Below the pieces are notes generated by a model. That model searched no databases. It was not told the origin of the DNA and was given only the letters and a program-made list of their open reading frames with translations. DNA of 64,000 nucleotides, from contig CAVTET010000001.1 in NCBI GenBank assembly GCA_963733675.1, positions 320,001 to 384,000 on the forward strand, read 5' to 3'. Made by a program: the position numbers and the translations under genes. Positions 32,083 to 43,330 of this stretch are shown piece by piece (the stretch's first letter is position 1; the number at the start of each line of letters is the position of its first letter). The DNA comes from an uncultured Methanosarcinaceae archaeon. GTDB taxonomy: Archaea > Halobacteriota > Methanosarcinia > Methanosarcinales > Methanosarcinaceae.

Positions 32083-32620
32083 TTATTCTACAATTCTTAG
32101 GACCCTCTTCCAAGTCTCAACTCCTCTAGGATCAAAATGTCTTTCAGGGTATTTGATGACATCAGATTCCGTTTTAATAGAATTTTCGGGCCCCAAAACT
32201 AAGGTAGACGCTTCTGTCATTAACTCTTGAGCTTTCAAAATAATCTCATCTGCCTCTACTTCATCGCATTCGATCAGAATTGCGTCATGGATAGGAGCAA
32301 TGATTTTGAGATTATTCTCTACAAAAAGGATACAAGCAACTCTGAAAATTTCCCCACCTGTTGCATGACACGGAAAGTTTTTGATCGTCCTCCCTATTTC
32401 TTTTCCCCACCAAAAATGTGCATTTGCCAGCCAAAACAGGTTGTGATTCGTTTAAACAACAGGCTTGTGTCTAAAACATGCTCACACCAGTCCCAATATG
32501 TTTTATAAATTCGTTTATGGTGCCTTAGTAGTTCTTTCGCGTATGGAGTAGATTTACCTACACGCAAAGCCAAACTATCTGGCCCCATCCCGTATTGAAC
32601 TCCTGATGCTCTATATTTCT
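32083..32620 (-). pseudogene. C-terminal part of a family A DNA polymerase (mobile-element type), one frameshift
   Basis: GVQYGMG (motif B), RTIKNFPCHATGGEIFR, IIAPIHDAILIE (motif C), KYPERHFDPRG. Confidence 0.8.
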
Positions 32621-33634
32621 AATAATATTAAAGCGTTGATCGAGTTATCAATGGTATTAGGTAAACTATTAATAATATTGGCAGTAGACGTGATATGAAC
32701 TTTTTTGACTTACTTACATCAAGGGGCGTATAAGAGCTTTACAAGATCAAAAAACTGAGATTTTTTAATTTAAGTAAATGGGGGAGGTTAAGCCTAGCTC
32801 TATTATAGTGAAACGATTGTACAAAAGTAAATTCACAAAAATAATTTTTCTTGAAGAGTAAACACAGGCAAATAAAGTTACTTTCAAGCTTATTTATTGA
32901 TTAATGACTATAGATTAAAGAAAGATAAATTTTTTAAAAAGTATATTTAATAAGTATAAGTTATCTTTATTTCTTCCAATTTAAATATTAAATGCAATTC
33001 ATATTCTAATAAAATGAAGTTCGTTGTTCTCCAGAAATATATTTTCATAATTATGAATCGGTTTCTTTATATTCTTTATAATACTCTTTTATTATAAAGC
33101 TCAAAACTTTTTAATTGAATTCGGATATTATCATGCCTTAGATGCTTGATTATTTTTGAGATCAATTTATGTTTAACGTAATTTAAGGTTTTTAAATTCA
33201 TTTTTAATATATACAACTTTAAATAGTATGAGTACATTATTGATTGTTGGAGATGAATAACCTTCTAATTATATACGTATACAGGTTTTAATTGCTAAAA
33301 CTATACTGATCGTCCAACAAATATCATAAAGCGAGTTCTAGTAGTCAGTTATGAATCTATTGTAAGGCTTGTATTTAATTATCGGTCGTTGGGCTGAAAA
33401 CGGAAAAAATTATTTACAAAGTAAAAAGGCTTTTTATTCTCTTCAAAACGGCAAAGGTGTCGTATAAATCTGCATACAATACACATATTTATCAATTGTT
33501 GTCAGCTTTAAAGGTAATTTTAAAAGCATAAGATGCTTATTAAAGCATAATTTGAGGATATAAATAATGTTACCATGGTATTTTATTTAGCTGACAAACT
33601 TATCTACTAAACTAAAAGTATAAAAGGGGTTATC

Positions 33635-34033
33635 ATGAAAGACTATGAAGTAAAAGTGCTGGACGAAAACGACCACATTTTTATTGAAACATTGAGGAAT
33701 CTCGGGATGTCAAGAAATGTCGCTACAACTATGGCATATCTCATGAATGTGAACGAAGCTTCATCCCGTGAAATTGAAATCAGTACTGGATTAAGGCAAC
33801 CCGAAGTTAGTCTTGCGATGAGGTTAATGCGTAACCAGTCCTGGGTCAGTGTACGTTCAGAAAAAAAGCCGGGAAAAGGGAGACCGATTAAGATTTATGC
33901 TCTTGCGGCTCCGGTTGACGAGATCATAAGCTATTATGAGGATAAGATTTACAAAGAATCTCAGGCAACCATATCAGCAATTAAGAAGCTGAAGGTAATG
34001 AGCAAAAAGGTGCCTCTAACTCCCTCAAAGTAA
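33635..34033 (+). CDS. Winged-helix transcriptional regulator (TrmB/ArsR-like, Methanosarcinales type)
   Basis: SSREIEISTGLRQPEVSLAM HTH and KGRPIKIY wing. Confidence 0.85.
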   Translation: MKDYEVKVLDENDHIFIETLRNLGMSRNVATTMAYLMNVNEASSREIEISTGLRQPEVSLAMRLMRNQSWVSVRSEKKPGKGRPIKIYALAAPVDEIISYYEDKIYKESQATISAIKKLKVMSKKVPLTPSK

Positions 34034-34108
34034 AGACTTTCGAACAAGTTAGCTCCATAATGGCTGAAAATTCTTTTCGGAAATTCAACCATTATGGAAT
34101 AAATTTCT

Positions 34109-34962
34109 GGTTCCGTTGCAAAAAATTCAAAAAAATATATAAATCTATAGGTAATGAATAAAAATCAGAATATTCAAAGAAAATGCACTAACATTATAAA
34201 ACTATACCAAACAATTGATTAATGTATTTGACTTCATTAAGAACAGAGTAATTTAGATCATTTACTTGTCCTTTTTTGATCATATTCATAGCTTCAATTC
34301 CTTTTAAAGTCTTATTAGCAGATTGAAAAGACTGAAATCCTAACATTGGATTAACGATTCGCTTTATAAATCTATGATCTTGTTCTATAATGTTATTCAA
34401 ATACTTGATTTGTCTAATGCCTACGTTTTTAGGTAGTATTTTATCATTTTTCAGTTTACTTATAGCAGGTGGATAAGCTGGATTCTTATCAACTGTTATT
34501 ACTCTTGGAATTTGATTATGATTAGAACTCAAAGCTTTCTTAAAAAATCTCTTCGCTGCATTTCGATTTCGTTTTGCACTTAACATGAAATCAATTGTAT
34601 CTCCATTTGAGTCAACTGCTCGGTAAAAATATTTCCATTTACTTTTTATTTTGATATAGGTTTCATCAACTTTCCACGAATAGTTTGTTAGTCTTAAATG
34701 TCTTCTTATCTTCTTTTCTAGTTCAGGGGAATATTGATGTACCCATCTCATTATAGTACTGTGATCAACTTGAAATCCTCTTTCTATCATCATTTCCTTT
34801 AAATTTCTATAGCTCAATGGATATTTTAAGTACCATCTTACATTCAATAGGATAATTTCTCCTTCATAATGCTTCCATTTAAAGGAATTAGATAGCATAT
34901 TACTATCTTTGGTTTTCGTTTTATTCTATTGTATCATTAGAAAGGATTTTTGCAACGGAACC
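34109..34962 (-). mobile_element. IS6-family element, copy C (transposase 34194-34898, apparently intact)
   Basis: TIRs and DDE motifs; body almost identical to copy B, right end like copies A and D. Confidence 0.97.
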
Positions 34963-35281
34963 CTTATTCTTTTGTCCTTCGTTGAATTAATGGAAGGAAT
35001 AGTTTTACTGCCAAATATTCTTTTTTTATTTTTTTCATTGATGCATGGGTTTTAATGTAAAACCTACGTATTTCTCGATGTAAATTCTCCATTAATATTT
35101 TATTCACTAGTATCTGTTCACAAACTGGAAATATAGAAAAACACATACGTATTTAATTTTTAGTAAGTAAGTTTTTTCCAGTCGAATTTGTTTTTACGTT
35201 TGCATCAGATACTAAATATTGTCTCATTTTCATGATTTAATTAGTCGCAATCGAGATAGTTGACGAAACAATAGTTTATTT

Positions 35282-35599
35282 TTACCAACCTTGCTCGGCT
35301 ACGACAACCTGTGGAAGATAATTCAAGGCCTCGTTCCACGCGCATCCATAAGGGCCGCAAATGACGTCGCTATCCCCGCTCATTCCATAAGGAGCTGGTG
35401 GATAAAATCCGAACCCAGGTCCTCCCCAGCCACCATTACCATAACCACCGTTACCATGACTATGATCACCATGACCACTGTAACCACGATCACCAGAACC
35501 AGAAGCTGCGCTCGCTGACACTGTTATTAATGGCACTACTGCAAAGACTAACACTAGAATGCCAAGTATTTTTATTCTATCATAATTTTGTTTCTCCAT
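35282..35599 (-). CDS. Small secreted Gly/His-rich protein with KQ-Y-RIK leader
   Basis: AGGAG SD, MEKQNYDRIKILGILVLVFAVVPLITVSASA then GHGDHSHGNGGYGNGGWGG and CGPYGC. Confidence 0.8.
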   Translation of the reverse strand: MEKQNYDRIKILGILVLVFAVVPLITVSASAASGSGDRGYSGHGDHSHGNGGYGNGGWGGPGFGFYPPAPYGMSGDSDVICGPYGCAWNEALNYLPQVVVAEQGW

Positions 35600-36047
35600 A
35601 TTTGTATACACTCCTAACTTGCTTCAACTTCAGATTATTTTTTAAGGCTGTTATTTTTTCCACTTACTTCCAATCGGCAAATCACTGGTAAACACTGTTA
35701 TAAGTCTAAATAGTTCAGTTCTACAAAAATAAATTAAATAAGTAAATAAACAATCACATTTGATTATTCAAAGTGATATATAATTCTATATCTACACAAT
35801 AGATCATATTTAAGTAATAGTTTATAATATGTAGTGAATAATAACTTAGAAACTAAAGTAAATTGAAATAATGGTTGACTTAAAATAAAATGAGTAATAT
35901 TGTTTTAAACCTAATAACATAAAATATGAAAAAAATAAAGAAAAATGTTAAATATGAAGTCTTTATACATTCATATGTCTATCCAAAAGATATCGAAAAA
36001 TACAAAAATCTGAAATTAGCCATCGAACCTATGGTGATCTAATTCCG

Positions 36048-36197
36048 GGTTCCATTGCAAAAAATCTGGCTTTCTTGCAAAATCAGAAAAAACCTTCACA
36101 ATTAGGAAAGTTAATCATTTTCATTAGAAAGAAAATGATACCTAAAGGTGAAAATTATAATGTCAAATTGCAGAAATATTATTTTTGCAACGGAACC
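36048..36197 (+). mobile_element. 150-bp IS6-derived MITE, copy 1
   Basis: IS6-type TIRs; flanks TAATTCCG / GAATTCCG (7 of 8 match). Confidence 0.92.
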
Positions 36198-36360
36198 GAA
36201 TTCCGTATCTATAGTTCAGACAGCTGCAAGTTTCAGGTTTCTAAAACAAAATACCACGTTTTATAGAAGGATTTTCACTCCGTTCTTTCAATCTACTCTT
36301 TTTCAAATTGGCGCAATGTTAAGCCTACTCTATTAATGATATATCCAATTTTCGTGCATG
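36198..36360 (-). pseudogene. Possible CbiQ-like ECF transmembrane component, N-terminal relic
   Basis: ERSENPSIKRGIL fragment just downstream of the cbiM/PDGLE relic. Confidence 0.3.
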
Positions 36361-36479
36361 CAGCAAATCCAAATATTTAATCAAGTAATTGAGTCTTTTT
36401 AGAACCAATGCTCTCATTTCCGTCCTAAAAAAATTCAAATTTGGATCATCATGATCCAAAACGCGATTAATTTGTTAGT

Positions 36480-37171
36480 GTTTAGTTGCCTTCTTTTCAA
36501 TGAAATACACGAGACTGTCACTAACTATCACGCCGAGTACTGCAGACAAAATGTATCCTACAGAAGATACAAGCTTCGAATCTTTAAAAGAAGGGAGTTG
36601 GGGATGTTATAATCCTGCAGTGGTGCATGCCAGAGGTCAGAGAGCTCTTCCAACCCATGTGGCACAAACCCAATTCTGTCCTTAAGCTCATCTGGTGCCA
36701 TTCACCATATGCAGTGCCTGCTGCAAAAACCTAAAGGCGCAAAAATTATCAATAATATCAGACCGATAGATAGATTTCTTACCATCTTATACACATTCTC
36801 ACCTCAGATTGTGACTCCAAACATAATTTTATTCATTTCCGCGTTATATTTCTTTCAATAAAATACAGATGTATCCGCTGGATATATGCAAAAATAATTA
36901 TGATGATCACTGCCTCAAGAGTGCCGAATGCTAAAGCGTGTTCAAGTACCATGGTAGGAATAGTTACATTCAAGTGATATGGCATCTAAAATAGGAATCT
37001 TTTAGCGGTGTGCTCTATAATTGGCTGTATCCCTAATTCAAAACCCGCACATAACGCTCCCATGGTCAGGGAAATCCAGCCGGCTATGGCCGCAGCAATA
37101 ACTCTCATAGATGATGTAATAGCTGAATTTCCGCTGATAAACTTATAAGCATAGTAAGCAACAAAGGATAC
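36480..37171 (-). pseudogene. cbiM: CbiM/NikM S-component plus PDGLE domain (ECF Co/Ni transporter), 5' end cut by MITE
   Basis: AAIAGWISLTMGALCAGFELGIQP, IPTMVLEHALAFGTLEAVI, ELKDRIGFVPHGLEELSDLWHAPLQDY. Confidence 0.75.
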
Positions 37172-37321
37172 GGTTCCGTTGCAAAAATAATATTTCTGCA
37201 TTTTGACATTATAATTTTCACCTTTATGTATCATTTTCTTTCTAATGAAAATGATTAACTTTCCTAATTGTGAAGGTTTTTTCTGATTTTGCAAGAAAGC
37301 CAGATTTTTTGCAACGGAACC
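37172..37321 (-). mobile_element. 150-bp IS6-derived MITE, copy 2 (no TSD, rearrangement junction)
   Basis: Reverse complement of copy 3; unrelated flanks AAGGATAC / ATTAAACC. Confidence 0.92.
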
Positions 37322-37843
37322 ATTAAACCTAATTGAGCAAGAAATTTTTAAACTCCATACCCCATCACTTGATTCAAAGCCTAGCTTTTTTCCTTCCACT
37401 ATTAACGAATTAGTAACATTAATTGCATCTATTTCTGGTTTAATTGTGACTATTTCTGGTTTAATTTCAGCAATCAAAAAATGATATTCACATCATATTT
37501 TTTAATTTTTTAGTTTTGCCATAATTTCCATCAAGGTTTTTTGGGATTTAGAGTCCAAATAGCTTCTTCTGATTTTCTAAAACAGTATTTATTTACCGGT
37601 TTCGTCAAAATTAATCCTCGAATAAATACCAATTTTTTGTATAAACTGAAGAATAAATCCCAAAATTAATTCGATTTATTCAGTAAAAATCCAAATAATA
37701 TCGAATTAAATCGATTAATTAGCATAAAAAAACTATAATTAGCGAAAAATCATCGAATAAATCGCTACAGCCCCCAATTACACGGAAACCATTATTATCT
37801 CTTTTATGATCTCTATCACGATCCCTATACGGTTACCAAATTG

Positions 37844-37993
37844 GGTTCCGTTGCAAAAAATCTGGCTTTCTTGCAAAATCAGAAAAAACCTTCACAATTA
37901 GGAAAGTTAATCATTTTCATTAGAAAGAAAATGATACATAAAGGTGAAAATTATAATGTCAAAATGCAGAAATATTATTTTTGCAACGGAACC
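37844..37993 (+). mobile_element. 150-bp IS6-derived MITE, copy 3
   Basis: Perfect 8-bp TSD CCAAATTG on both sides. Confidence 0.95.
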
Positions 37994-38597
37994 CCAAATT
38001 GTCTCCCAAATATGTGATCTAAATTCCCATAGCCAGCAAAATTCACATAAATCACTTTGGCGACTCTAAGATCGATTTTATGTAGACTAAAATACTTCTT
38101 ATTGCCATTAAATAATAATATTACCTTGGGCCTATCAGTAACCTATCCATTTTTGTTTTAGTAGCCGCCGCCTATTTGACATGGTGGCTACAAATTTGAT
38201 GGGAAGACCTAAATACTAAGCTATTTGGTGCCTTTTTAGGATTGAAATATTGGAAGTTTAATGAATCAGGTACTCAATGCTAAGGTGGACAAATTATGGG
38301 ATTGAAAAAGTTTAATTTTTAAAAACAAATAAGCCTAATATAATCCTAATACTTTCAGACAAAGAAAGGATCTTAAAACTAGGTTTTTTGGAAAGTTATA
38401 TTTTGTTATCTTGATATTTCAATTGATATTTTAGTAAAATATGTCAAATTTAGGATATTTCTATTAGTAATATCAGAACTTTACTAGATGAAGCAAAGTA
38501 TAAATATTACAAAGTTTTAATGTTTATTCATGTTGCAAATCTTTTACTAATTTTACTGAATCCATAAGCAACGATATAAGTTAAACTGGGGATAAGT

Positions 38598-38660
38598 ATA
38601 TTTATATATTATACATATTAACTATTGGTTAGTGTCAATTACATACTAACTCACAGTCAG
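38598..38660 (+). promoter_or_regulatory. TATA box followed by two HSR1-like operators
   Basis: TTTATATA at 38601; TTAAC-N5-GTTAG 38618-38632; CTAAC-N5-GTCAG 38646-38660. Confidence 0.6.
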
Positions 38661-38820
38661 TTTCCTGGCCAGAGTTTTCAAGGGATTTTTGTAACCCTGT
38701 TAGTATTTATTTAAAAGATTAATGATTATTAAAATCAATTCGAAAGGCACCATTAAGGTCAAAATTCGATATTGTTGCCAAAATACTCCATAAGATTTTA
38801 ACAAGTAATGTAGGGGGAAA

Positions 38821-39513
38821 ATGGATCCAGCGAAATTACTTGATATTCTGGGAAATGAGAATCGCAGGAAGATTATTCAGCTTCTTGCAAACCGCCCCTG
38901 CTATGTAAGTGAAATATCGAGCAGACTGGGAGTAGGGCCAAAAGCTATAATAAGTCATCTGAATCTGCTTGAACAAGCAGGGTTAATAGAGTATAGCGTT
39001 GACGAACAGAGGCGCAAGTACTTCAATATCGCAAATAACATGCGACTCGAAGTTTCAGTCTCACCATACTCCTATAACGTGACACTTCAAGACATTGCTC
39101 TTGACAGGGAGGTAATAGGAGAATCTTATGTAGCTGAGAAGAAGGAGGTTACTGCAATAGAAGACTCATCCTTTTTCTTCCTGAAATTGAGCGGCAGACT
39201 TCATGAACTGAATAAAAGGCAGAAGGAGCTTGCACAGATGCAGAAGCATCTCCAGGTCGAGTACACAGAAATGATGAACCTCTGCATGGATTCAATTGAA
39301 GAGATCGCCAAAAACCCTGTAGAATGCGAACTTCTTTTTGAGCTTCTAAAAAGTGAAACAACTCTAGCTACCCTATGCTACAATCTGCGCCTGCACCCGA
39401 GCATTATCAATGCTAATCTGATAGACCTTGCAGAGAGAGGATTTATTGAGTATAGTATTAAAAATAATCAACACTATTGGCGACTATGTGAGACTGGAGC
39501 TGAGAATAAATGA
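38821..39513 (+). CDS. ArsR-family heat-shock regulator (HSR1/Phr-like)
   Basis: [29 protein letters not shown], coiled coil; first gene of the cdc48-hsp20 operon. Confidence 0.85.
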   Translation: MDPAKLLDILGNENRRKIIQLLANRPCYVSEISSRLGVGPKAIISHLNLLEQAGLIEYSVDEQRRKYFNIANNMRLEVSVSPYSYNVTLQDIALDREVIGESYVAEKKEVTAIEDSSFFFLKLSGRLHELNKRQKELAQMQKHLQVEYTEMMNLCMDSIEEIAKNPVECELLFELLKSETTLATLCYNLRLHPSIINANLIDLAERGFIEYSIKNNQHYWRLCETGAENK

Positions 39514-41732
39514 TTGAAGAAACCAATCTGAGAGTAACTGAAGCTTATCACAAAGACGTAGGCAGGGGAATTGCAAGAATAGATACTCGGCTGATGCAGC
39601 AGATGGGGCTGATAAGCGGAGATATAATTGAAATCTTAGGCAAAGCAAAAACTTATGCAATCGTCTGGCCAAACGTAGAACGAGAACAGGAAAATAGGAT
39701 TCGAATAGATGGAAACCTGCGTAGCAATGCAAAAGTAGGGATTGACGACAGGGTCACGATTCAGAAAGTCCAGGCAAAACATGCTCAGAGGGTTACCCTA
39801 GCTCCTTTTCAGCCTGTAAGGCTTGTTGGAGGTGCCCACTATATCCTCAGAATTATTGAGGGAAGGCCTCTGAACAAAGGTCAACAAATAAGGGTGGAAA
39901 CTGTAAATAACCCCCTCACTTTCGTTGTGGCATCAACAAAACCTGCAGGTCCTGTGGTTGTCACCAAGGACACTGAAATTCTAATCAAGGAAAAAAATGT
40001 TGAAGAAATTAGGATTCAAGAAGGTATCTCATATGAGGATATAGGTGGGCTTAGGCGAGAAATTCAGCTTGTCAGGGAAATGATCGAGCTGCCACTGAGA
40101 CATCCTGAAATATTCCAGAAGCTTGGGATTGAACCTCCAAAAGGAGTTCTTCTTCACGGTCCTCCTGGAACGGGCAAGACATTGATCGCAAAGGCAGTTG
40201 CAAGTGAAACTGATGCAAACTTCATCACTATCAGCGGTCCTGAGATAGTTTCCAAATATTACGGAGAAAGCGAGCATAAGCTCCGTGAAATTTTTGAAGA
40301 AGCTGAAAAGGATGCACCTTCTATCATCTTCATAGATGAAATTGACTCTATAGCCCCTAAAAGGAGCGAAGTCACCGGAGAAATGGAACGTAGGGTAGTC
40401 GCTCAGCTGCTCTCATTGATGGATGGGCTAAAGACCCGGGGTCAAGTAGTTGTAATTGCTGCTACAAACCGACCTAATTCAATAGATGAAGCTCTTCGCC
40501 GTGGCGGAAGATTTGATCGGGAGATAGAGATCGGCATTCCTGATAGAAATGGCAGGAAGCAGATTCTTCTCATTCACACCAGAGGCATGCCAATCGAACA
40601 AGATGTAAGCCTTGGTGAAATTGCCGATGTAACTCACGGATTTGTGGGAGCTGATTTATCATCTCTCTGTAAGGAAGCAGCAATGCATGCTCTAAGAAGG
40701 ATTACTCCTCAAATTGATATGGAAGAAGAAATCCCACAGGAAATCCTTGATAACCTTGAGGTTACAAAGGAGGACTTTAGAGAAGCTCTGAAGAACATCG
40801 AGCCTTCAGCCATGAGGGAGGTTTATGTTGAGGTTCCACATGTGGGCTGGGATGATATAGGTGGACTTGAAAAGGCAAAGCAAGAACTTATTGAGGCTGT
40901 AGAATGGCCCTTGAAGTACCCACAAATATTCAAAACTGTTAGTATAAAGCCCCCAAGAGGTGTATTACTTTTCGGACCACCTGGTACGGGCAAAACTCTG
41001 CTGGCAAAAGCTGTGGCCAGCGAAAGTGAGGCAAATTTTATCAGTATTAAAGGTCCAGAACTTCTCAGCAAGTACGTAGGTGAATCTGAACGTGCAATAA
41101 GAGAAACCTTCCGGAAAGCAAAACAAGCTGCGCCAACTGTAATTTTCTTTGACGAGATAGATTCAATTGCTCCCCAAAGAAGCTCTGTATCTGATACGCA
41201 TGTATCCGAAAGAGTCGTTAGCCAGATACTCACTGAGTTAGATGGGGTAGAAGAGCTCAAGGATGTAATCATAGTCGCGGCTACAAATCGGCCGGATATG
41301 GTAGATCCCGCCCTTCTCAGGCCTGGCCGTTTTGACCGACTCATTTATATTAAGCCTCCTGAAAAAGTGAGCAGAGAACAAATATTTGAAATCCATACAC
41401 GGGGAAAACCCCTTACTGAAGATGTGAAACTTTCTGAGCTTGCTGATCTCACCGAAGGATATGTAGGTGCTGATATTGGAAGCATCTGCAGGGAAGCTGC
41501 AATGTTAGCTCTCAGAGCGATAGTTACTCCTGGTATTGCACGGAAAGATATTGAGGAAAAGGCAAGAGAAGTCAAAATTTCGAAAAAACATTTTCAGCGG
41601 GCAATACGCCGTGTAAAGCCTACAACATCCAAGGAATCTCTTAAGATCTATGACCAAAGTACTGAAATTTTTGCTAAATATTCAACTGATCTCGAAGAAG
41701 AAGATTTCGAGGCTGGAGAGCAAGAAAAATAA
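39510..41732 (+). CDS. cdc48: CDC48/VAT AAA+ ATPase
   Basis: N-domain plus two AAA modules with [12 protein letters not shown] and SRH motifs. Confidence 0.97.
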   Translation: MIEETNLRVTEAYHKDVGRGIARIDTRLMQQMGLISGDIIEILGKAKTYAIVWPNVEREQENRIRIDGNLRSNAKVGIDDRVTIQKVQAKHAQRVTLAPFQPVRLVGGAHYILRIIEGRPLNKGQQIRVETVNNPLTFVVASTKPAGPVVVTKDTEILIKEKNVEEIRIQEGISYEDIGGLRREIQLVREMIELPLRHPEIFQKLGIEPPKGVLLHGPPGTGKTLIAKAVASETDANFITISGPEIVSKYYGESEHKLREIFEEAEKDAPSIIFIDEIDSIAPKRSEVTGEMERRVVAQLLSLMDGLKTRGQVVVIAATNRPNSIDEALRRGGRFDREIEIGIPDRNGRKQILLIHTRGMPIEQDVSLGEIADVTHGFVGADLSSLCKEAAMHALRRITPQIDMEEEIPQEILDNLEVTKEDFREALKNIEPSAMREVYVEVPHVGWDDIGGLEKAKQELIEAVEWPLKYPQIFKTVSIKPPRGVLLFGPPGTGKTLLAKAVASESEANFISIKGPELLSKYVGESERAIRETFRKAKQAAPTVIFFDEIDSIAPQRSSVSDTHVSERVVSQILTELDGVEELKDVIIVAATNRPDMVDPALLRPGRFDRLIYIKPPEKVSREQIFEIHTRGKPLTEDVKLSELADLTEGYVGADIGSICREAAMLALRAIVTPGIARKDIEEKAREVKISKKHFQRAIRRVKPTTSKESLKIYDQSTEIFAKYSTDLEEEDFEAGEQEK

Positions 41733-41906
41733 ATTGAACATAAATAATACTCTAAATCTACTTCAGGCTGATTAAACTTTATGCTAGAAAGTACAGTAAA
41801 TCTCAGCCTGTTCAGTTTTTGGAAGTTAAAGGAAGTACTCAAAGATATTTGTTGCTTCATCGATTCTGAATTGTAATGAATTAAAAATCGATAATTTAAT
41901 AACGAA

Positions 41907-42443
41907 GTGATGAAGATGGACAGAGACGAGAGAAAAAGAAGAATCTTTTTCGATAAAATTTTTGGAATCGATGCTCTTCAGGGCATGGACGAGATTTTTG
42001 ATTGCCTCAACAGGGTAATTGGTATAAACATAGAAAATTTTGGGCCGAATTCTTTTGTCTACGGCTTTTCTGTAACCCATAGACTAGAAGAAGGTCCCAA
42101 AGTCCGAGAATTCGGAAATATTCCTACATTTGAACAAATCGAAATAAGGGACAAACGTTATCTTGACATAAGAAAACCCCTCATTGATATCCTGGAAACT
42201 GAAGATACACTGCATGTGATCGCTGAAATACCGGGCATTGAGAAAGAAAATATTATATTAAACGCAACTGATTTAATACTTGACATCAAAACAATAGATG
42301 GGAATCCAAAATATTCCGAACTTGTGGAACTGCCCGTAAAGGTTGACCCCCTGAGTGCAAAAGCCACATATAAAAACGGCGTGCTGGAAGTAACTTTTAA
42401 GAGGCTAGAATCCAGTTCTCGATCCTCAATAGATATTGAGTAA
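41907..42443 (+). CDS. hsp20: Archaeal small heat-shock protein Hsp20
   Basis: VYGFS..GPKVREFGN, IAEIPG, AKATYKNGVLEV. Confidence 0.92.
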   Translation: MMKMDRDERKRRIFFDKIFGIDALQGMDEIFDCLNRVIGINIENFGPNSFVYGFSVTHRLEEGPKVREFGNIPTFEQIEIRDKRYLDIRKPLIDILETEDTLHVIAEIPGIEKENIILNATDLILDIKTIDGNPKYSELVELPVKVDPLSAKATYKNGVLEVTFKRLESSSRSSIDIE

Positions 42444-42477
42444 TCTTTTGGGAGCGAGAGAAAAAGCAGAGGTAATA

Positions 42478-42975
42478 ATGGTGGGCATAAGAAGAAGAAA
42501 AGATTTCATTGAAGATTTTGGATCTGAACTTTTTGACAACTTGGAAGAAATAATTGAAACCCTCCTTGAAGAAATGGGAGAGTCTATTCCATTCGTATAC
42601 GGATTTTCCATTATTCATCGCCCAGGGGAAGATCTTGAATTCCAGAAGTTCGGAAATATTCCTGAATATTCTCAAAATGGAGAGAAGATCGTTCCCTCCG
42701 AAGTAAAAGATCCTTTAATTGATATTTTTGAAAACGAAGAATTAGTACATGTACTTGCAGAATTTCCAGAGATTAAAACGGAAGACATCCTTTTGCATGC
42801 GACTGCTCAAAACCTAGAAATAAATATCATCAGACCTTTCAAATATTCAGAAGACGTTGAGCTTCCAGTACGTGTGGATCCAAATAGTGCAAAAGCTAAC
42901 TATAAAAACGGAGTGCTTGAAGTTACCTTTAGACGTTGTGCTGAAGAAAGACCAGTTGAAATAAAAATTGATTGA
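42478..42975 (+). CDS. hsp20: Second small heat-shock protein Hsp20 (start 42478, 42436 possible)
   Basis: PFVYGFS, FGNIP, AKANYKNGVLEV; GAGGT before ATG 42478. Confidence 0.9.
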   Translation: MVGIRRRKDFIEDFGSELFDNLEEIIETLLEEMGESIPFVYGFSIIHRPGEDLEFQKFGNIPEYSQNGEKIVPSEVKDPLIDIFENEELVHVLAEFPEIKTEDILLHATAQNLEINIIRPFKYSEDVELPVRVDPNSAKANYKNGVLEVTFRRCAEERPVEIKID

Positions 42976-43330
42976 TAATTATTTTCAGGTAGCTTTGCGA
43001 AGAAACCGAAGCAACTGCTTAAAGATAAGATAATGATCATTCTTATGATGTTTTGGGATCAAAAAAGTAAGGTTATGAACATGTGACGAGTGGAACAACA
43101 AATATATTACCTGTGACAGTAGAATCCAAAGTAGAAAAAGAGTTACTCTGATCACCAAAAGAAAAATTATGACGGATTTTGCACAACAATGAAGATTCTA
43201 GCCATCAAAAATATCAGAAAGCATAAATAATCAAACTTGTTGTGAATAGTATCAACATCCATAAAGAGATACCATTCTAAGCAATTTTTAGTGGAAATGA
43301 AGCAAAAAAAGATCCAGAGCAAAATATAGG

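Noticed and set aside
27898-32620. LigD phosphoesterase plus PolA as one repair system
   Set aside because: About 3.7 kb apart, on opposite strands, separated by unrelated genes, and PolA is a relic
36986-37477. 163-aa ORF as a real gene
   Set aside because: Chimera of an unknown relic, MITE copy 2 and the cbiM fragment
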